Shown here piece by piece: positions 25,560 through 38,429 of a stretch of 64,000 nt of DNA. Origin of the DNA: Chiloscyllium plagiosum (Eukaryota); NCBI RefSeq assembly GCF_004010195.1, contig NC_057720.1:15090687-15154686 (forward strand), in the 5' to 3' direction. Each line of letters begins with the position of its first letter. The first letter of the stretch is position 1. The position numbers and the translations under genes were made by a program. The notes under the pieces are model-generated. The model saw nothing but the letters and a program-made list of their open reading frames with translations, was not told where the DNA came from and made no database searches.

Positions 25560-26391
25560 TGTGACCAGAGGTGTTTGGTTAGAACTCTTGAATGTGATAT
25601 TAATACTGAGAAAGCTTAAGCTCACTTGTATGACTAATCAAGGAAGAAGCTACCAAACAGAGACCAGGAATTGAAATAAACTGTTCAGTTGAACTTGTAA
25701 ATTGTGCTTGCAAAGCAAGCAAACTCTGGTGTTTTGAATACTGTGACATAATGGTGTTGAGTTAAATGGGATTGTATTTTTACTATGTTCTAAATCTTTC
25801 TAATTGTGTTTATGGAGTTGTACAGCATGGAAACAGACCCTTCAGTTCATACCGACCATATATCCTAAATAACTCTAGTCCCATTTGCCAGCATTTGTCC
25901 CATGTTCCTCTAAACCCTTCCTATTCATATGCCCATCCAGATGCCTTTTAAATGTCATAATTGTTACCAGCCTCTACCCTTCCCTTTGGCAGCTCACTCC
26001 ATACACGCACCACCCTCTGTGTGGTAAAAGTTGCCCCTTGTGTCCCTTTTAAACCTTTACCCTCTCACCTTAAACCTATGCCTCCTAGTCATGGTCTCCC
26101 CAGTCCTTGGAAAAAGACCTTGGCCATTCACCCAATCTATACCCCTCATGACTTTATAAAGTTGCCCTTCAGCATCTAATGCGCCAGGAAAAATATCCCT
26201 AGCCTAATAGCTTGGTTTATTCTCTATTTTATCTTTTTTGTAATGAATTTGTTTTTATTATTAAAACTAAATCTGCAGCATTCCATGCATGTGTTTCAGT
26301 AAAAGGCAATCTTGCTAAATGTTTAACAGTCATATCAAGCTAGATTTCAGTCTGGCTTCTGACCTGTCTGATGTAAGCTGGAATCATAATA
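25560..26391 (+). mobile_element. Possible solo LTR interrupted by a CR1 fragment
   Basis: Begins TGTGAC and ends ATCATAATA (compare TGTGAC...CATAACA at 35930-36489); 3' part resembles 42790-42939. Confidence 0.35.
25812..26205 (-). mobile_element. CR1 3' end fragment
   Basis: Reverse complement of the 10120-10520 region. Confidence 0.85.
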
Positions 26392-26849
26392 GCATTCATT
26401 CCAGTTTTCACTAACGTATAGGTTTTGAATGCTGTAGGAATAATTTTCATTCCTTTGTGTTTTTGTAATAAATGTACCAGACAAATAGATGGAGGAACTG
26501 GGCTATGTTTCAATTCATCATGTTTTGTTTGTAGGCAGGGACCATTGTTGTGTCTGGTGGTCTCAAATGTTTATCGTGGCGCTGTACAAAATTCAACGAA
26601 ACACAGATTTTGCAGCTGGGCTACTGATTTATTGAAATGTGATATCATAAGTAATAAGAGCAAGAGTAGGCCTTCCAATCCTCTGAGCCAGCCGCACCAC
26701 TCACTAAAATATATGCCGATCATCTTCCTCATCAACTCGTTCCCTTGCCATATACTTTGATTATCTTTGTGTCTAAAAGTTGGTGGATCGTAATATTGAA
26801 TGTGCTCAATGACTGCACACCCATAACCCTCTGGAATAGACATATGGGA

Positions 26850-27460
26850 TGTGGGGGGGTTAATGGTAATGTCACTGGACTAGAGATCCAAAAAGCCGAG
26901 CTGATGTTTTGTGGCCGAGGATTCCAATCTCGCCTTGGAAGGTGGTTAATCTGGAATAAAAAAAAAACTGGCCTTTTATTTTTTAAAAAAAAAAATTGAT
27001 TTTTATGGGATGTGACTTTGTTAGTTAGACCTGCATTTATTGTCCAGAGGGCAGTCAACCACTTTGCTGTGGGTCTGGAGTCATGTGTAGGCCAAATCAG
27101 GTAAGGATGGCAGTTTCCTTCCCTAAAGGACATTAGTGAATCAGATGTGTTTTTGCTGAAATCAACAATTGATTCATGTTAACTGTTAGACTCTTCAGTT
27201 CCAGATTTGTATTGAATTCAAATTCCACCATCTGCTGTGATGGGGTTTATACCCAGGTCTCCAGAACATTACCTGGGCTCTGAATTAGCAGTCCAGTGGT
27301 AATACTACTAGGTCATCACATCCCCTATGCCGAACCATGTTGATTATCATTAAAACCATCGGGTTCTCTAATGCCTTTCGAGTAAGGATGACTTATTTTC
27401 TTCTCTTGTCTGGCTTGCATGTAATTTCAGACAATGTGGTTGACTCTTGCCTAGCAATAC
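26850..27460. mobile_element. tRNA-headed SINE (+) with a related SINE (27005-27325, -) nested inside it
   Basis: Head at 26850-26975 and tail at 27340-27460 flank an antisense copy related to 14752-15050. Confidence 0.6.
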
Positions 27461-28079
27461 CTACATCTAATACCTATATCTCACTAACAGATTTTTATAA
27501 ACATTGTTTAAAATGATTTCCAGTGATTGCTAACCCCTTTGAACATAGCATTAGGGGCAAAAGTAGACCATTCAGCCCTTCATTTCTATTGTGCCGTTCA
27601 ATAATATCGTCCCTGACTTCTTTTTGTTTTGATTCTACATGAAGTCCTACCCTGACTAACCTCTGATTCTCTTCGCTAATAAAAATACATCTACCTGTGC
27701 CTTACAAATAATCAATGACCCTGTTTCTGAGGCAGAGTTCCAAAGTCGCACAGAGGGGAGAAGAAATCCTCACTTTTTTTTGGCCTAACATAATGAAATC
27801 CCGCCCCCCCCTCCCAATTTTTAAAGTAGCATTTCCCACGATATGAACTGATCCACAAGTGTAAACATCCTTTCCATGTCAACCTTATCACGACATTCAG
27901 AATGTCATACATTTCAATCCCATCACCCCTCACACTTCTAAACTCAGCCCATATATTTATTAACTCATTTGAATCACTTGTGATACATTTATGTCCTTGC
28001 TTAATTTAGGAAAGGAACATTGCAGACGATATTTGAGATGTGGACTTACTAATGTCCTACACAATTGCCTTTCTTCAAT

Positions 28080-28295
28080 CAAAACCAAAAGACCTGTAGA
28101 TGCAGTAAATCGGGACCAAAACCAGAAATTGCTGGAGAAACTCAGCATCTGTAGAGAGAAATCAGAGTTAACCTTTCAGATCGAGTGACCCTTCCTCCAA
28201 ATGCAGGAAGGGTCACTCGACCCGAAACATTAACTCTGATTTCTCTCTGATGCTGCCAGACCTGCTGAGTGTTTCCTGCAATTTCTGTTTTTGCA
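28080..28295. mobile_element. PLE family C mini palindrome inserted in CR1, TSD about TTTCTTCAAT
   Basis: Arms 28118-28196 and 28205-28292; hammerhead stem II GGGTC ACTC GACCC-GAAAC at about 28210-28228; TTTCTTCAAT at 28070-28079 and 28299-28308. Confidence 0.85.
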
Positions 28296-28980
28296 CCTTT
28301 TCTTCAATGTTCAGTTTCTCTTGTAATAAAAGGCAGTGTTCCTAGCTACCTTAATCACTTGCAGTATTGGTGTACTAACTTTTCGTGGCTCGTGTAGTTG
28401 AACACCTGGATTCCTCTGCATCTCAGAAATTTGCAGCTGTTCCCTTTTATATAATGCACGACTTTTATTATGTTTCCTATCAAAGTCAGTAACTTCAAAT
28501 TTTTTCACATGCTCCCTTCTGTGCACTCACGTTTGTCTGTATTGATCTGCATCCTTGTTCTGTTCACAAAATGTTTTCCTCTCTGTCTTTGTGTCTTCTG
28601 CAAATTTAGCCACCAGGCCTCAATCCTCTCATCGGAGTCATTGATAAAGCATTGAGGGCTCAACACAAACCCTTCCGGACCCAACTTGTTGCCTCCTGCT
28701 GATCTGAAAGAAAGACCCATTTGCTCTGTTCTTCTCTGCCATCCAGTCAATCCCAACTTACGCTCTGACATTACCCCCTTACACCACAAGCTTGTACTTT
28801 TGCACTTTCAGTGCAATCCTTGTCACTGTCTTCTGGAATTCTCAGTATATTATATCAGTGGGGCTCCTCTTTATCCACAGCATGCTCCTCCTTCAGAAAG
28901 TTTCAATAAATTGTTTAAACATTATTTTCCTTTCTCAAAACTATGCAGGTTTTTTTTTCCCAAGTGCTCAGTTGCACTGT

Positions 28981-29253
28981 CCTTAATCAATTTCTACCTT
29001 CTTCCCCCATAACAGATATTAAGATAATTGGCCTATACATTCCTGTTTCCTGCCTGCCTCCCTCCCTTCTTGAATGCTGTAAATGGGTTATATTTGCTAT
29101 CAGAGATTTTCTCCTTAATCAATTTCTACCTTCTTCCCCCATAACAGATATTAAGATAATTGGCCTATACATTCCTGTTTCCTGCCTGCCTCCCTCCCTC
29201 CCTCCCTTATTGAATGCTGTAAATGGGTTATATTTGCTATCAGAGATTTTCTC
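28981..29253. repeat. Tandem duplication, period about 132 bp
   Basis: CCTTAATCAATTTCTACC... starts at 28981 and again at 29113; units near-identical except in the (CCTC)n tract. Confidence 0.92.
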
Positions 29254-32052
29254 TTCTTCATCATCCTGAATAGTTAATCTTTTATCCTTCTCAACACTCA
29301 CTTCATGAAGCTCTACAAGGGTTTTATATGTCCCCAAACAGCAGGGAATATGAGCCCATTCTATTTAATCACTAGTCCTGGGATAACCCTTTCATTGTAT
29401 CTTCTAGGTTTTGGATAAGGAGACCAGGATTCCATGTAATACTTTAAGATGTGATCTCATCAAATCGCTATATAACTGTCACCTTCATATTCTGACTCCC
29501 TTTCCATAAGACTAGCATATAATTTTGCATTCCTAATTGCTTGCTGTACAAATGTTTTCCTTGTGAACAACAATACCCAGATCCTTCTGCATACTGCCTA
29601 TCCCTTTGGGGGTGGGGAAAAAACAATTATCTCCTCAAGTGCACTACTGAGAGTCCAAGCTTTAACTGGTTGGATGATACCAGAACCACAAACAACAAGA
29701 AAGTCGCTGCCTGTTTAGGCAAGTAAGCTTTATCAGTATATGTTTGTTGAACTTCAGCAGCATATCTTGGAATCCCTCTGCATTGGATACTGCTGGCTTA
29801 TCTCTCAGCTTTTTTCAACAGTTGTACACCCATGGCCTGGTTGAGTGGTGGAAGGGTATGAGTGGCACAATGCTCCACACTCATCACCTCTGGAAAAGCA
29901 GGATAAGGCTATTGAGTTGGATTACCAATTGTGCTGGGAGCAGGTTTGAAAGGCTGAATAACCTACTGTTGCTCCTATTTCAGTGTAAAAACCTGTGAAT
30001 GGATTTTGTTTTAGTAGTTTGTATTATTGACTCTTAATTTCTATGTGTGAGGGTTTGGGCTAGCCGAGAAAAACAAAGCTTGCAAAGGGAAAATGCCAGT
30101 GAAGTCAAAACCACATACAAAAAAAATTGAACGTTTATTTCTTTCTGAAATGTAAAACATTTCATATTTGAAGAAGTTGCAACTTAAACAATTGTTAGAA
30201 TTGCAATTCCATAGATCATAGTGAACAGTGAATTTCAATTTAGGGCATTCGATTTCACAATTTTTTTTCAGTTAATAGGTTTTAAGCAACATTTTTCGAG
30301 GTAAGGTTTGAACTGACAAGAGCACAGCAGTAGAAACTGTGACTGTGTTGGGAAAACAAGCTTCCAGTTGTTACGTATTAAAAGATCTCTTTTGATCTCT
30401 GAAAATGGTGCGTGAGCTAAGCTGCTGTTTTGCTTGAAAGTGCAGTCTTCCGGTAACCAAATCAGGCAACAATATTCAAACAGTTGCTTGTTTGAATAAA
30501 TACAGGAGTATTTTGGCACTGGTGCACTTTGACCAATGAATTTGTGTAATGAATAAATAAGTGGGCTATTCAAGGAGAAAAGGTCCAAATGCCATATTAT
30601 TAATTTCACCATGAGGAGGCAAGTGAAATACTGAATTGTGACAGAAAAGATTGTTACAAATGGATTCTTTTGTTGTTGCTGCTTTGAAATGCAGGATAAA
30701 TGCATGTACTCAGCTATGATTCACTGAGTTCCTGAAATCTTTGATGAAATTTCTAACATGGATTGGTGTTGGACTGATCAGGTAGGTTCCAATTTGTTTC
30801 ATGGCCCCAGGCACATTAGCTCATCTCCACTAGTCTGGGTGGGAGGATGCAATTACTCTTGATGTCCATGTTTCTGTTTTGTGTGAGAGAGTGCAGTTTG
30901 TGAATGCAAAATGGCACTGTGCTATGATATTAAATAATTCCCTTAATGCTCACTGTCCATGTTCTCTTGAGCCATAGTTGCTTGCATGATGTCCTACAGG
31001 GTTAGAAGTGTTCATGGGCCTGTATTACACACTGAGGCATTGCTGCACAAAAGGAAAACTGAGGACACACCCTACCCTCCTCTGCATCTTTCCTGCTAGA
31101 GTCTGTAAACTGTATGTTTAGCTGGCATGGAAACCAAACAGTGACGTTCAACAGTGAGGTTGAGGCAAAGATGTGTGTTAAGGCAGCGCAGAACTTTATT
31201 TTATTCACTCAGTGTGGGTATCACTGGCTGGGCCAGTATTTATTGCCCATCCCTACCTTCCTTTTGAGAAGATGGTGGTGAACTCTTTCCTTGAACCGTT
31301 GCAGCCCATGTGTTATAGGGTGGACCTACAATGTCCTTGGGGAGAGAGCTCCAGGATTTTAAGTCAGAGACACTGAACAAATGCCGATTGATATTTCCAA
31401 GTCAGGATGGTGAATAGTTTGGAGGGGAACGTGTGGGTGGTGATGTTCCCATGTATCTGCTGACCTTTAATATTAGATGAATATGGTCGTGGGTTTGAAA
31501 AGTGCTGTCAAAGGAGTCTTAGCAAGACCAGCATGAGGCTGGGAGAAGTCGACATTTCGGATGTAACCCTTCGGACTGAGGGTGGGTGTAGGGGGGAGCT
31601 ACCAATAAAGATGGTGGGGGAGTGCAAGGTGGTGAAGTGTGGATAGGTAGAGACGGGTCGAGGGTATGACCTAATTGACCAATGGGTGGAATGAATTCAG
31701 TAGATGGCTGGGAGGAATGGAAGGGAGGATGGAGGGACTAGAAAGGGAGTCGGGGATGGGAAGGGAAGTTATTTGAAATTGGAGAACTCCATGTTGAGTC
31801 GTCTGGCGGTAGGCTGCCCAGGCAGAGGATGAGGTGTTCTTCCTCCAATTTGCAGTTTGATTCGATGTGGCAATGGAAGTGGCTGAGGATGGTCATGTCG
31901 GAAAGGGAGTGGTTGGGGGAATTGAAATGGGCGGTGACTGGAAGGTCCAGTTGACCTTGTGGACCCAGCTGTGATGCTCGACGAAGTGTTCCCTAAGTTT
32001 ACGTTCGGTGTCCCCGATGAAGAGAAGGCCAGGAGCACAAGATATAGTAAAC

Positions 32053-32372
32053 TAGATTAGATTAGATTCCCTACAGTGTGGAAAAAGGCCCTTTGGCCCA
32101 ACAAGTCCACACCGACCCTCCGAAGAGTAATCCACCCAGACCCATTTCCCTCTGACTAATGCACCTAACACTATATGGGCAATTTAGCATGGCCAATTTG
32201 CCAGACCTGCACATCTTTGGACTGTGGGAGGAAACCGGAGCACCCGGAGGAAACCCACACAGACACGGGGAGAATGTGCAAACTCCACACAAAGTCGTTC
32301 GAGGCTGGAATTGAACTTGGGACCCTGGTGCTGTGAGGCAGCAGTGCTAACTACTGAGTTACTGTGCCACCC
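32053..32372 (-). mobile_element. HE1-like V-SINE, full length, inserted in the left PLE arm
   Basis: tRNA-like head GGGTGGCACAGTAACTCAGTAGTTAGCACTGCTGCCTCACAGC, V-domain GTGTGGAGTTTGCACATTCTCCCCGTGTCTG, (TCTAA)n tail. Confidence 0.92.
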
Positions 32373-33170
32373 AGGTTGGAAGAGAGGCAGGTGAACCTTC
32401 GTCTCACCTGGAAGGACAGTTTGGCGCCCTGCATGGAGATGAGGGGGTAGTGTACCAGCAGGTTTTGTATCTTTTCGGGTTGTAGGGGAAGGTACCTGGG
32501 GGTTCGGGGGGGGTGGGGTGGGATGCTGTCTGGTGGGGAGAGTGGCATGAACCAAGGATTGGCAAAAGGTTCTTTTGGAAGGCAGAGAGGGATGGGGAGG
32601 GGAAGATGTCCTTGGTGGTGGGGTCTAGTTGGAGTTGGAGTTGGCGGATGTATTTAAAGATGATGGGAGAGGTTCACCTGCCTCTCCAACCTAGTTTACT
32701 GTATCCAGTGCTCTCGATGTGGTCTTCTCTACATCGGGGAGACCAAACGTAAATGAAGGGAATATCTTGCTGAGCATCTCAACTGGGCCTGCAGGGGCTG
32801 ACATGACCTCCCAGTGACCGCCCATTTTAATTCCTCCTCCTCCCTTTCCAACATGACCATCCTTGGCCTCCTCCATTGCCACAACGAATCAAACCGCAAA
32901 TTGGAGGAAGAACACCTCCTCTTCCACCTGGACAGCCTACAACCTGACGGACTCAACATTGAGCTCTCCAGTTTCAAATAACCTCCCTTCCCATCCTCCG
33001 ACTCCCTTCCCAGTCCCTCCGATCCCTTCCATTCTTCCCAGCTGCCAGCTGGATTCATTCCTCCCATTGACCAACCAGGTTGTACCCTCTGCCTGTCTTC
33101 ATCTGTCTCCACTTTACCACCCTACCCCCGTCACCCCCTTTATCTGCAGCTCCCCCCACACTCACCCCCA

Positions 33171-33201
33171 GTCCTGAAGAAGGGTTACACTTGAAACATT
33201 G
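33171..33201 (+). ncRNA. Minimal hammerhead motif, PLE family D (mutated)
   Basis: GTC-CTGAAGA-A-GGGT TAC ACTT-GAAAC-ATT-GAG; sister copies on the minus strand at 31548-31577 and 34428-34462 end GAAA(C/T)GTCGAC. Confidence 0.55.
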
Positions 33202-33426
33202 AGTTCTCTACCCCCTGATGCTGCCTGGCCTGCTGTGTTCTTCCAGCCTCTTGCCTGTCTATTTTGGATTCCAGTCTCTCTAGCCTAAAGAGTCTTGGCA
33301 GGTAGTGTATGTCATGCTGCTGTCCATGGATAATGGAGACAGAAGAAGTAATTATTTAGAGATTTTAAATTTGTTTAAATTGAATTGACTTGTGTGAATT
33401 GTCATTTCTGCTACTGATGTTGATTA

Positions 33427-33747
33427 CAGTCTGTTCTGATATATCAAGTTAAAAATCACACAACACCAGGTTATAGTTCTGGTGTTGTGATTTTTTAACT
33501 TTGTACACCCCAGTCCAACACCGGCATCTCCAAATCCTGATATATCAAGTGATAGTTCCGTTCTCATGCGATCCTGCATTATAAGAAAACCGCGTAACAG
33601 CAGCACCATTTAAACCAATGGGACCGAAATCGCATTAGAGCAATACAAGTTACGCAAGTTAGCGTTCTACAAATAATGGTCTAAATTCTTCAATCGTATT
33701 ATAGCCAATTCACATTGAAGAAACGCATGTTACAGCAGAGCCAACTG
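33427..33747. mobile_element. Tc1/mariner-pogo (Tigger-like) MITE, about 220 bp after removing the nested PLE
   Basis: TA|CAGT...ACTG|TA ends with imperfect TIRs; an inverted second copy lies at 41659-41877. Confidence 0.75.
33450..33536. mobile_element. PLE family A mini palindrome, perfect 14-bp TSD CTGATATATCAAGT
   Basis: TSD at 33436-33449 and 33537-33550; inverted arm plus sense arm with tail. Confidence 0.9.
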
Positions 33748-33805
33748 TATCTGGGAAATGTGGAAGCTGATGCAAAAAAACACCAAATGTCCTTGCCAAT
33801 ATCAT

Positions 33806-34002
33806 TCCCCACCCTCTCCTTTTCCTCCCTCCCCATCCCCTTCCTCTTTCCTCCCTGCTCCATCTCTTCCTTTTTCCTCTCCCCTTTCCCAGCCACCATC
33901 TTCCTTTTCCTCTTTACCCCTCCATCACTTCCCTTTTCCTCCTCCCACCCCTATTGTCACATCAAAATTCCACCTCCCCCCCCCCCCCCCCCCCCCCCCC
34001 CC
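33806..34002. repeat. Polypyrimidine tract ending in a long poly(C) run
   Basis: About 150 nt almost purely C/T, followed by about 27 C. Confidence 0.9.
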
Positions 34003-34344
34003 TCACTGCCAGATGGTGAGCTGTGGGCCTACATTCAAAATGATAAAGCTATGTGATCAGTATGTGGTATTAATAGCTGCTGGATATCTGAAATAAAATA
34101 CAAGATGCATAGTAAAGTGTCCAACAAGTTGGACAGTCTTTTTAAACATGAGGCACATTTGAGTTCTAGCTGTACAGCCTCCAGGGTATCTAGACCTGCT
34201 GTGGAAATGAGGGCACTTTGCCTGTTGGACTGGTTGATGGGTGGGGCTGCTGTGTGGCGCCCTGTTGTGCAAAGAACAAAGAGGCAAAGGAAATAGGAAA
34301 TCCTCAGTTTCCACCTCCCACATAGTGACTCAGAAGGAAGGTGA

Positions 34345-34715
34345 GAGACAAAAAACCTGCAGATGTTGGATTCCAAAGTAGACAGGCTGGAAGAACGCAG
34401 CAAGCCAGGCAGCTTCAGGAGGTGCACAAGTCGACGTTTCCGCTATCACCATTCTTCAGGATTGGGGTTGGGTGTGAGGGGAGCTGCAGTTAAAGGGGCA
34501 GGGTGGTGAAGTGGAGGTAGGTGACGACCGGGAGAGGGTACGACGTAGTTGGTTAATGGGAGCAATTAATCCAGTTGGTGGCAGGCACCAGTGGAAGGGA
34601 TGGGGAGGGGCTGGGAAGGGAGGATATTTTAAATTGGAGAACTCAATGTTGAGTCCTCCATACTGTAGGCTGTCTGGTGGAAGATGAGGTGTGGTTTCTC
34701 TAATTTGTGGTGTGG
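34345..34715 (-). mobile_element. PLE family D 3' fragment with pLTR and hammerhead remnant
   Basis: Collinear with 31530-31860. Confidence 0.8.
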
Positions 34716-35929
34716 TTCATCCCAGAATACATGAGACTGTGTTTAAAATGCAGGATATTTGGTCATCCTGATCTACTCTTCCCCACCATATGGCTTGTAT
34801 CCCCTGTATCTGACGTATATAATTAGCGCCTGCTTTCTCAAAGGCCACTAAGATCGGGGAAATAAATGCTTTTGCAATGCACGTAGAACATGGAACAATA
34901 TAGTACAGAACAGGCCCTTCAGCCCTCAATGTTGTGCTGACCTGTGAACTATTCTCGGCTCGTCCCCCTACACTATCCCATCATCCATGTCCTGTGAATT
35001 AATGTTTTTTTTTAAATAAATGTCCCTGTCAGGAGCAGACTGATTAATTTGGCATGTTACCAACAGGAGCAACCTTGTTTTAGCTAGCATTTATTGTCTA
35101 TCCCTAATTGCCCAGAAGGCATTGTTGTAGGTCATGTATGCTGGATAAGGTAAAGATGGCAGCTTCCTTCCCTAAAGGACATTTCTGAATCAGATGGGTT
35201 GACAACGTTTTTGTGGCCACCCTAAGATTTTTAATTCCATATATTTATTGAATTCAATTTCCACCATCTGTTATAAATCTGAGTTCCCAGAACATTACCT
35301 GGATTAGTAGCTTACTGATAATACATCATCATCATGAGTGTTGTTGGAGCTGTACATAAATAGGGAGGATTCCATCACACTCCTGACTTGTGCCTTGTAG
35401 ATGGTGGGCAGGATCTGGGGAGTTAGGAGGTGAGTTACATGCTGCAAACTTCCTAACTCCTGACCTGCTATTGTAGTTACGGTATTTTATAGCTTGTTCA
35501 GTTGTTTGCCTCTGTTCAGAGAAAACCCACTCGATGTTGACAGCAGGAAACATCCATGATGACCATGCCATTGAACATCAAGGGCCAATGGTTGGATTTT
35601 CTCTTAGTGGAGAAGGTCATTGCTTGCAACTTCTGTCACGCAAAAGTTCCTTGCTGTCGTCCAAGTCTTGGCTGCATTTGGATACGAATTGTTTCAATAT
35701 ATGAGCAGCCCTTAATTGTGCTGAACAATGTACAGTCATGAAGGTGACTGAAGCAGATTAAAATGATTGGGTTGGAACTCTGAGGAACTCCTGCAGTGAT
35801 GTACCTGGAATGAGACTCCCAACACCCACAACTATCTAGTGTTGTGCAGGATATAACTCCAACTAATGGGGAGCTCTCTCTGCATTTACAGTTTCTTTCA
35901 GGAATCGTGATGCCACAGTCAGTCAAATT

Positions 35930-36489
35930 TGTGACAATGCTGGCACCTGAAGAGGTTATTTTGTCCTTTTTTTGTTTTGAGGAGAGGTTGTAAGGTAGAG
36001 GTAAGGAGCAGTCTCTAAGAAAATAAACAAGCAATTTTGAGGCCTTGGATTATTTTTAAAAAGTTAGAACATTGGAAGCAGACCAGGCTTTCTGGTGTTT
36101 TATTTCAGTTTTAAGCAGAAGCTTTGGTTCTTGTATGTGAGGATCTGTTTAAATTTGCATTTTTGCCAAGGGGTGTTTTTATGGGATGTTACTGTATTAG
36201 AGCAGTTACTGTGCCCATACAGTAATGGGTACTGTATCTATTATTCGGTCAAGTTTTCCAATAGTTAAGTTATTCTAAATTTCTCTCTCTTCTGTTTGTA
36301 TTTTAACTATAGTGGTTAAATAAATTGTTTTGCTTAACATTGAGTAGTTTGACCAGACGCATTACATCTGGAACATGACACTTCACATCTACCAGTTAAA
36401 ATAAGAAAAACTTAGGGTATAGGCTACCTTCTTAAAACATTTTGGGGGGGGTGGGGGGGGGGGGTCTAGTCTGGTATGGGTCCATAACA
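35930..36489 (+). mobile_element. Solo LTR inserted in an L2/CR1-group LINE
   Basis: TGTGAC...CATAACA, AATAAA at about 36319, 4-bp flanks AATT/AATG; host LINE continues on both sides. Confidence 0.65.
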
Positions 36490-37310
36490 AATGTGATTCC
36501 TTGATTTCAAAAGCAGGCAGCCTAACCTCTCCCTCTTCAGCTATGTTATTTTGGCCGTGATGGGGTGAAGGTTGTAATGAGGCCAGGGGCTGAGTGCCCT
36601 AGCAGAACCTAAACTGGGCATTGATGAGTAGGTTGTTGCTGAGTAAGTGTCACTTGATAGCACTGCAGGCCTCGTCCATCATTTGGAGTAGACCAATGGG
36701 GTGGTAATTGATCTGTTTGGATTTATCATGCTTCTTGTTGGACAGGGCATTACTGGGTTGTTGTTGGAGTTCACCATCTGTACTGGAACAACTTGGTTAG
36801 GGGTGCGGCCAGTTCTGGAGCACAAATCTTCAGTACTGTTGCTGGAGCGTTGTCAGGGCCTGTTGCCTTTGCAGGGCCTTCAGCTGATTCTTGACGTTTT
36901 TATGCAGTGAACACAGGCTGGAGGATGGCATCTGTAACGCTGGGAACCTCTGGAGAAGACTGGAATGGATCATTTGTATGACAACCTTGGTGCAGAGCAC
37001 TGGCTGGATGGTATAATTGTACTTTTCACCATTCAAGGACACAGTGAATTTTTACATTCTGGCTATTGGATTCTCTTGATGGTGAAAATGTGCATTGTCA
37101 TATCTGATGTATTGGATGAGTGGTTTGTTCTTTGTTTGCCCTATAACTTTGCAAAATGTATTAATCCTCCAAATGGCAGAGGGATCCATGGCAGAAAGAG
37201 CTTGATTCTATGTAGAATCCATCAGGATCCACTGGATTTCTCAAAACACTCCATAGCCCTTGGAGCTCTTTTGAAATTGGTGCTTTTAATGACTGACTTT
37301 CATTAAACAG

Positions 37311-37508
37311 GTAAAAATTACAGAACACCAGGGTATTGTCCAACAGGTTTATTTGGAAGCACTAGCATTTGGAGTGCTGCTCCAGGTGAATGAAGGAGCG
37401 GCGCTCAGAAAGCTAGTGTGCTTCCAAATGAACCTGTTGGCCTATAACCTGGTGTTGTGTCATTTTTAACTATGTACATCCTAGTCCAACATTGGCACCT
37501 CCAAATCA
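37311..37508. mobile_element. PLE family A mini palindrome; arms meet at the hammerhead core
   Basis: 37311-37383 is inverted relative to 37394-37470; degenerate TSD TTTCATTAAACA / TTTCATAAGCA. Confidence 0.85.
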
Positions 37509-37559
37509 ATTTCATAAGCATTCATGTGATAATGACCAAATGAGTGTTAGCCTGATTTT

Positions 37560-37770
37560 ACTGGAGAAAACAGCGCTGCATTTAGATCTCTTCAGCATAA
37601 GAAGAGCTTGTCTGTATGTTCTCAAGAGAGTCTCGGCTTTGATATTTATCTTGTCCGAAGGTTGGCACCTCTGACCATGTAGCATTCCCTCAGGACAGTA
37701 CAGCACTGAGGTGTCATGGCAACTGATTCCAGACTTTGCCTGAGAGCCAAACCCCATTGAACCATAGTTA
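37560..37770 (-). mobile_element. Deu-domain SINE remnant (SacSINE1-like)
   Basis: Minus strand reads GAGGGAATGCTACATGGTCAGAGGTGCCAACCTTCGGACAAGA, resembling the Deu core GAGGGAGTGCTGCACTGTCGGAGGTGCCGTCTTTCGGATGAGA as recalled. Confidence 0.55.
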
Positions 37771-38069
37771 ACACGTGAAGCGATGTTACCATGTGCCCTA
37801 AGTACAAAATGGTGCTTTAATTCGTTTCTGGATTTTCCCTTTTAATAGTTACCATTTCCACAGGCTTCCCTTTCTAAAATAAGGTTGTGGGTTTTTTGTG
37901 TAGGTCAGAAAGATTTGGGAAACTGAAACCATTCCCATTTGTGGAATTGTTAAATACTTCATCTTTATTGTTTTCTGTATCCTTCTGATGTCAGCAATGT
38001 TATTTATTTGGCTTTGGGAATGTTGGAACATTCTGCACAAATTTATTTTATAAATTTAGCTTTAGAGGA

Positions 38070-38330
38070 TATTCTGGGCAGATGACCTTTGCTTTTGTTC
38101 AAATAGTGCCATAAGATTATTTTTAAAACCTACATGTGTACAGGGAGTAGAGGGCCTAAGTTTCATTATCTTTTACCAGGTCATACCTCCAGTGATGCAG
38201 CAATCTCTCTCTGCATTTCACTGTCAGCCAGGCGATTATATTTTTGAGCATCTGGAGTAGGAATTAAAACAACAATCCAAACAATTGGATTTGCAGTGCA
38301 CAGAAAACTTGATGCCTGACCTGCAGTTAG
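38070..38330 (-). mobile_element. Deu-domain SINE remnant
   Basis: Minus strand has TTGCTGCATCACTGGAGGT...AAACTTAGGCCC...TATGGCACTATTTGAACAAAAGC. Confidence 0.5.
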
Positions 38331-38429
38331 TATCATGGCAAGTGCTGCAGGTGTAGGCAGGTGTTTCTTGAAGGTGAGAATCCTGTAAAGTAAATCTCAA
38401 TGTTTGAAATGATGGTGACATAATCTTCA

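Larger units (their letters stand above)
27540..29640 (-). mobile_element. Old CR1 LINE segments
   Basis: RTLVSPHLKYRLQC, PEGFVLSPQCFIND and MYRPIILISVMG on the minus strand. Confidence 0.7.
31525..33286. mobile_element. PLE family D head-to-head inverted insertion (GIY-YIG region and pLTR on both arms)
   Basis: 31525-32660 on - and 32663-33275 on +; LYIGETKR, LPVTAHFN and KLEEEHLLFHL motifs; degenerate TSD AAGGAGTCTTAGCA (31511-31524) / AAAGAGTCTTGGCA (33287-33300). Confidence 0.85.

Noticed and set aside
30268..30705. 145-aa minus-strand ORF
   Set aside because: AT-rich composition, no domain similarity I can recognise, no exon boundaries.
33699..34096. Poly-proline / formin-like ORFs
   Set aside because: Translation of a pyrimidine tract and poly(C); no splice or domain context.
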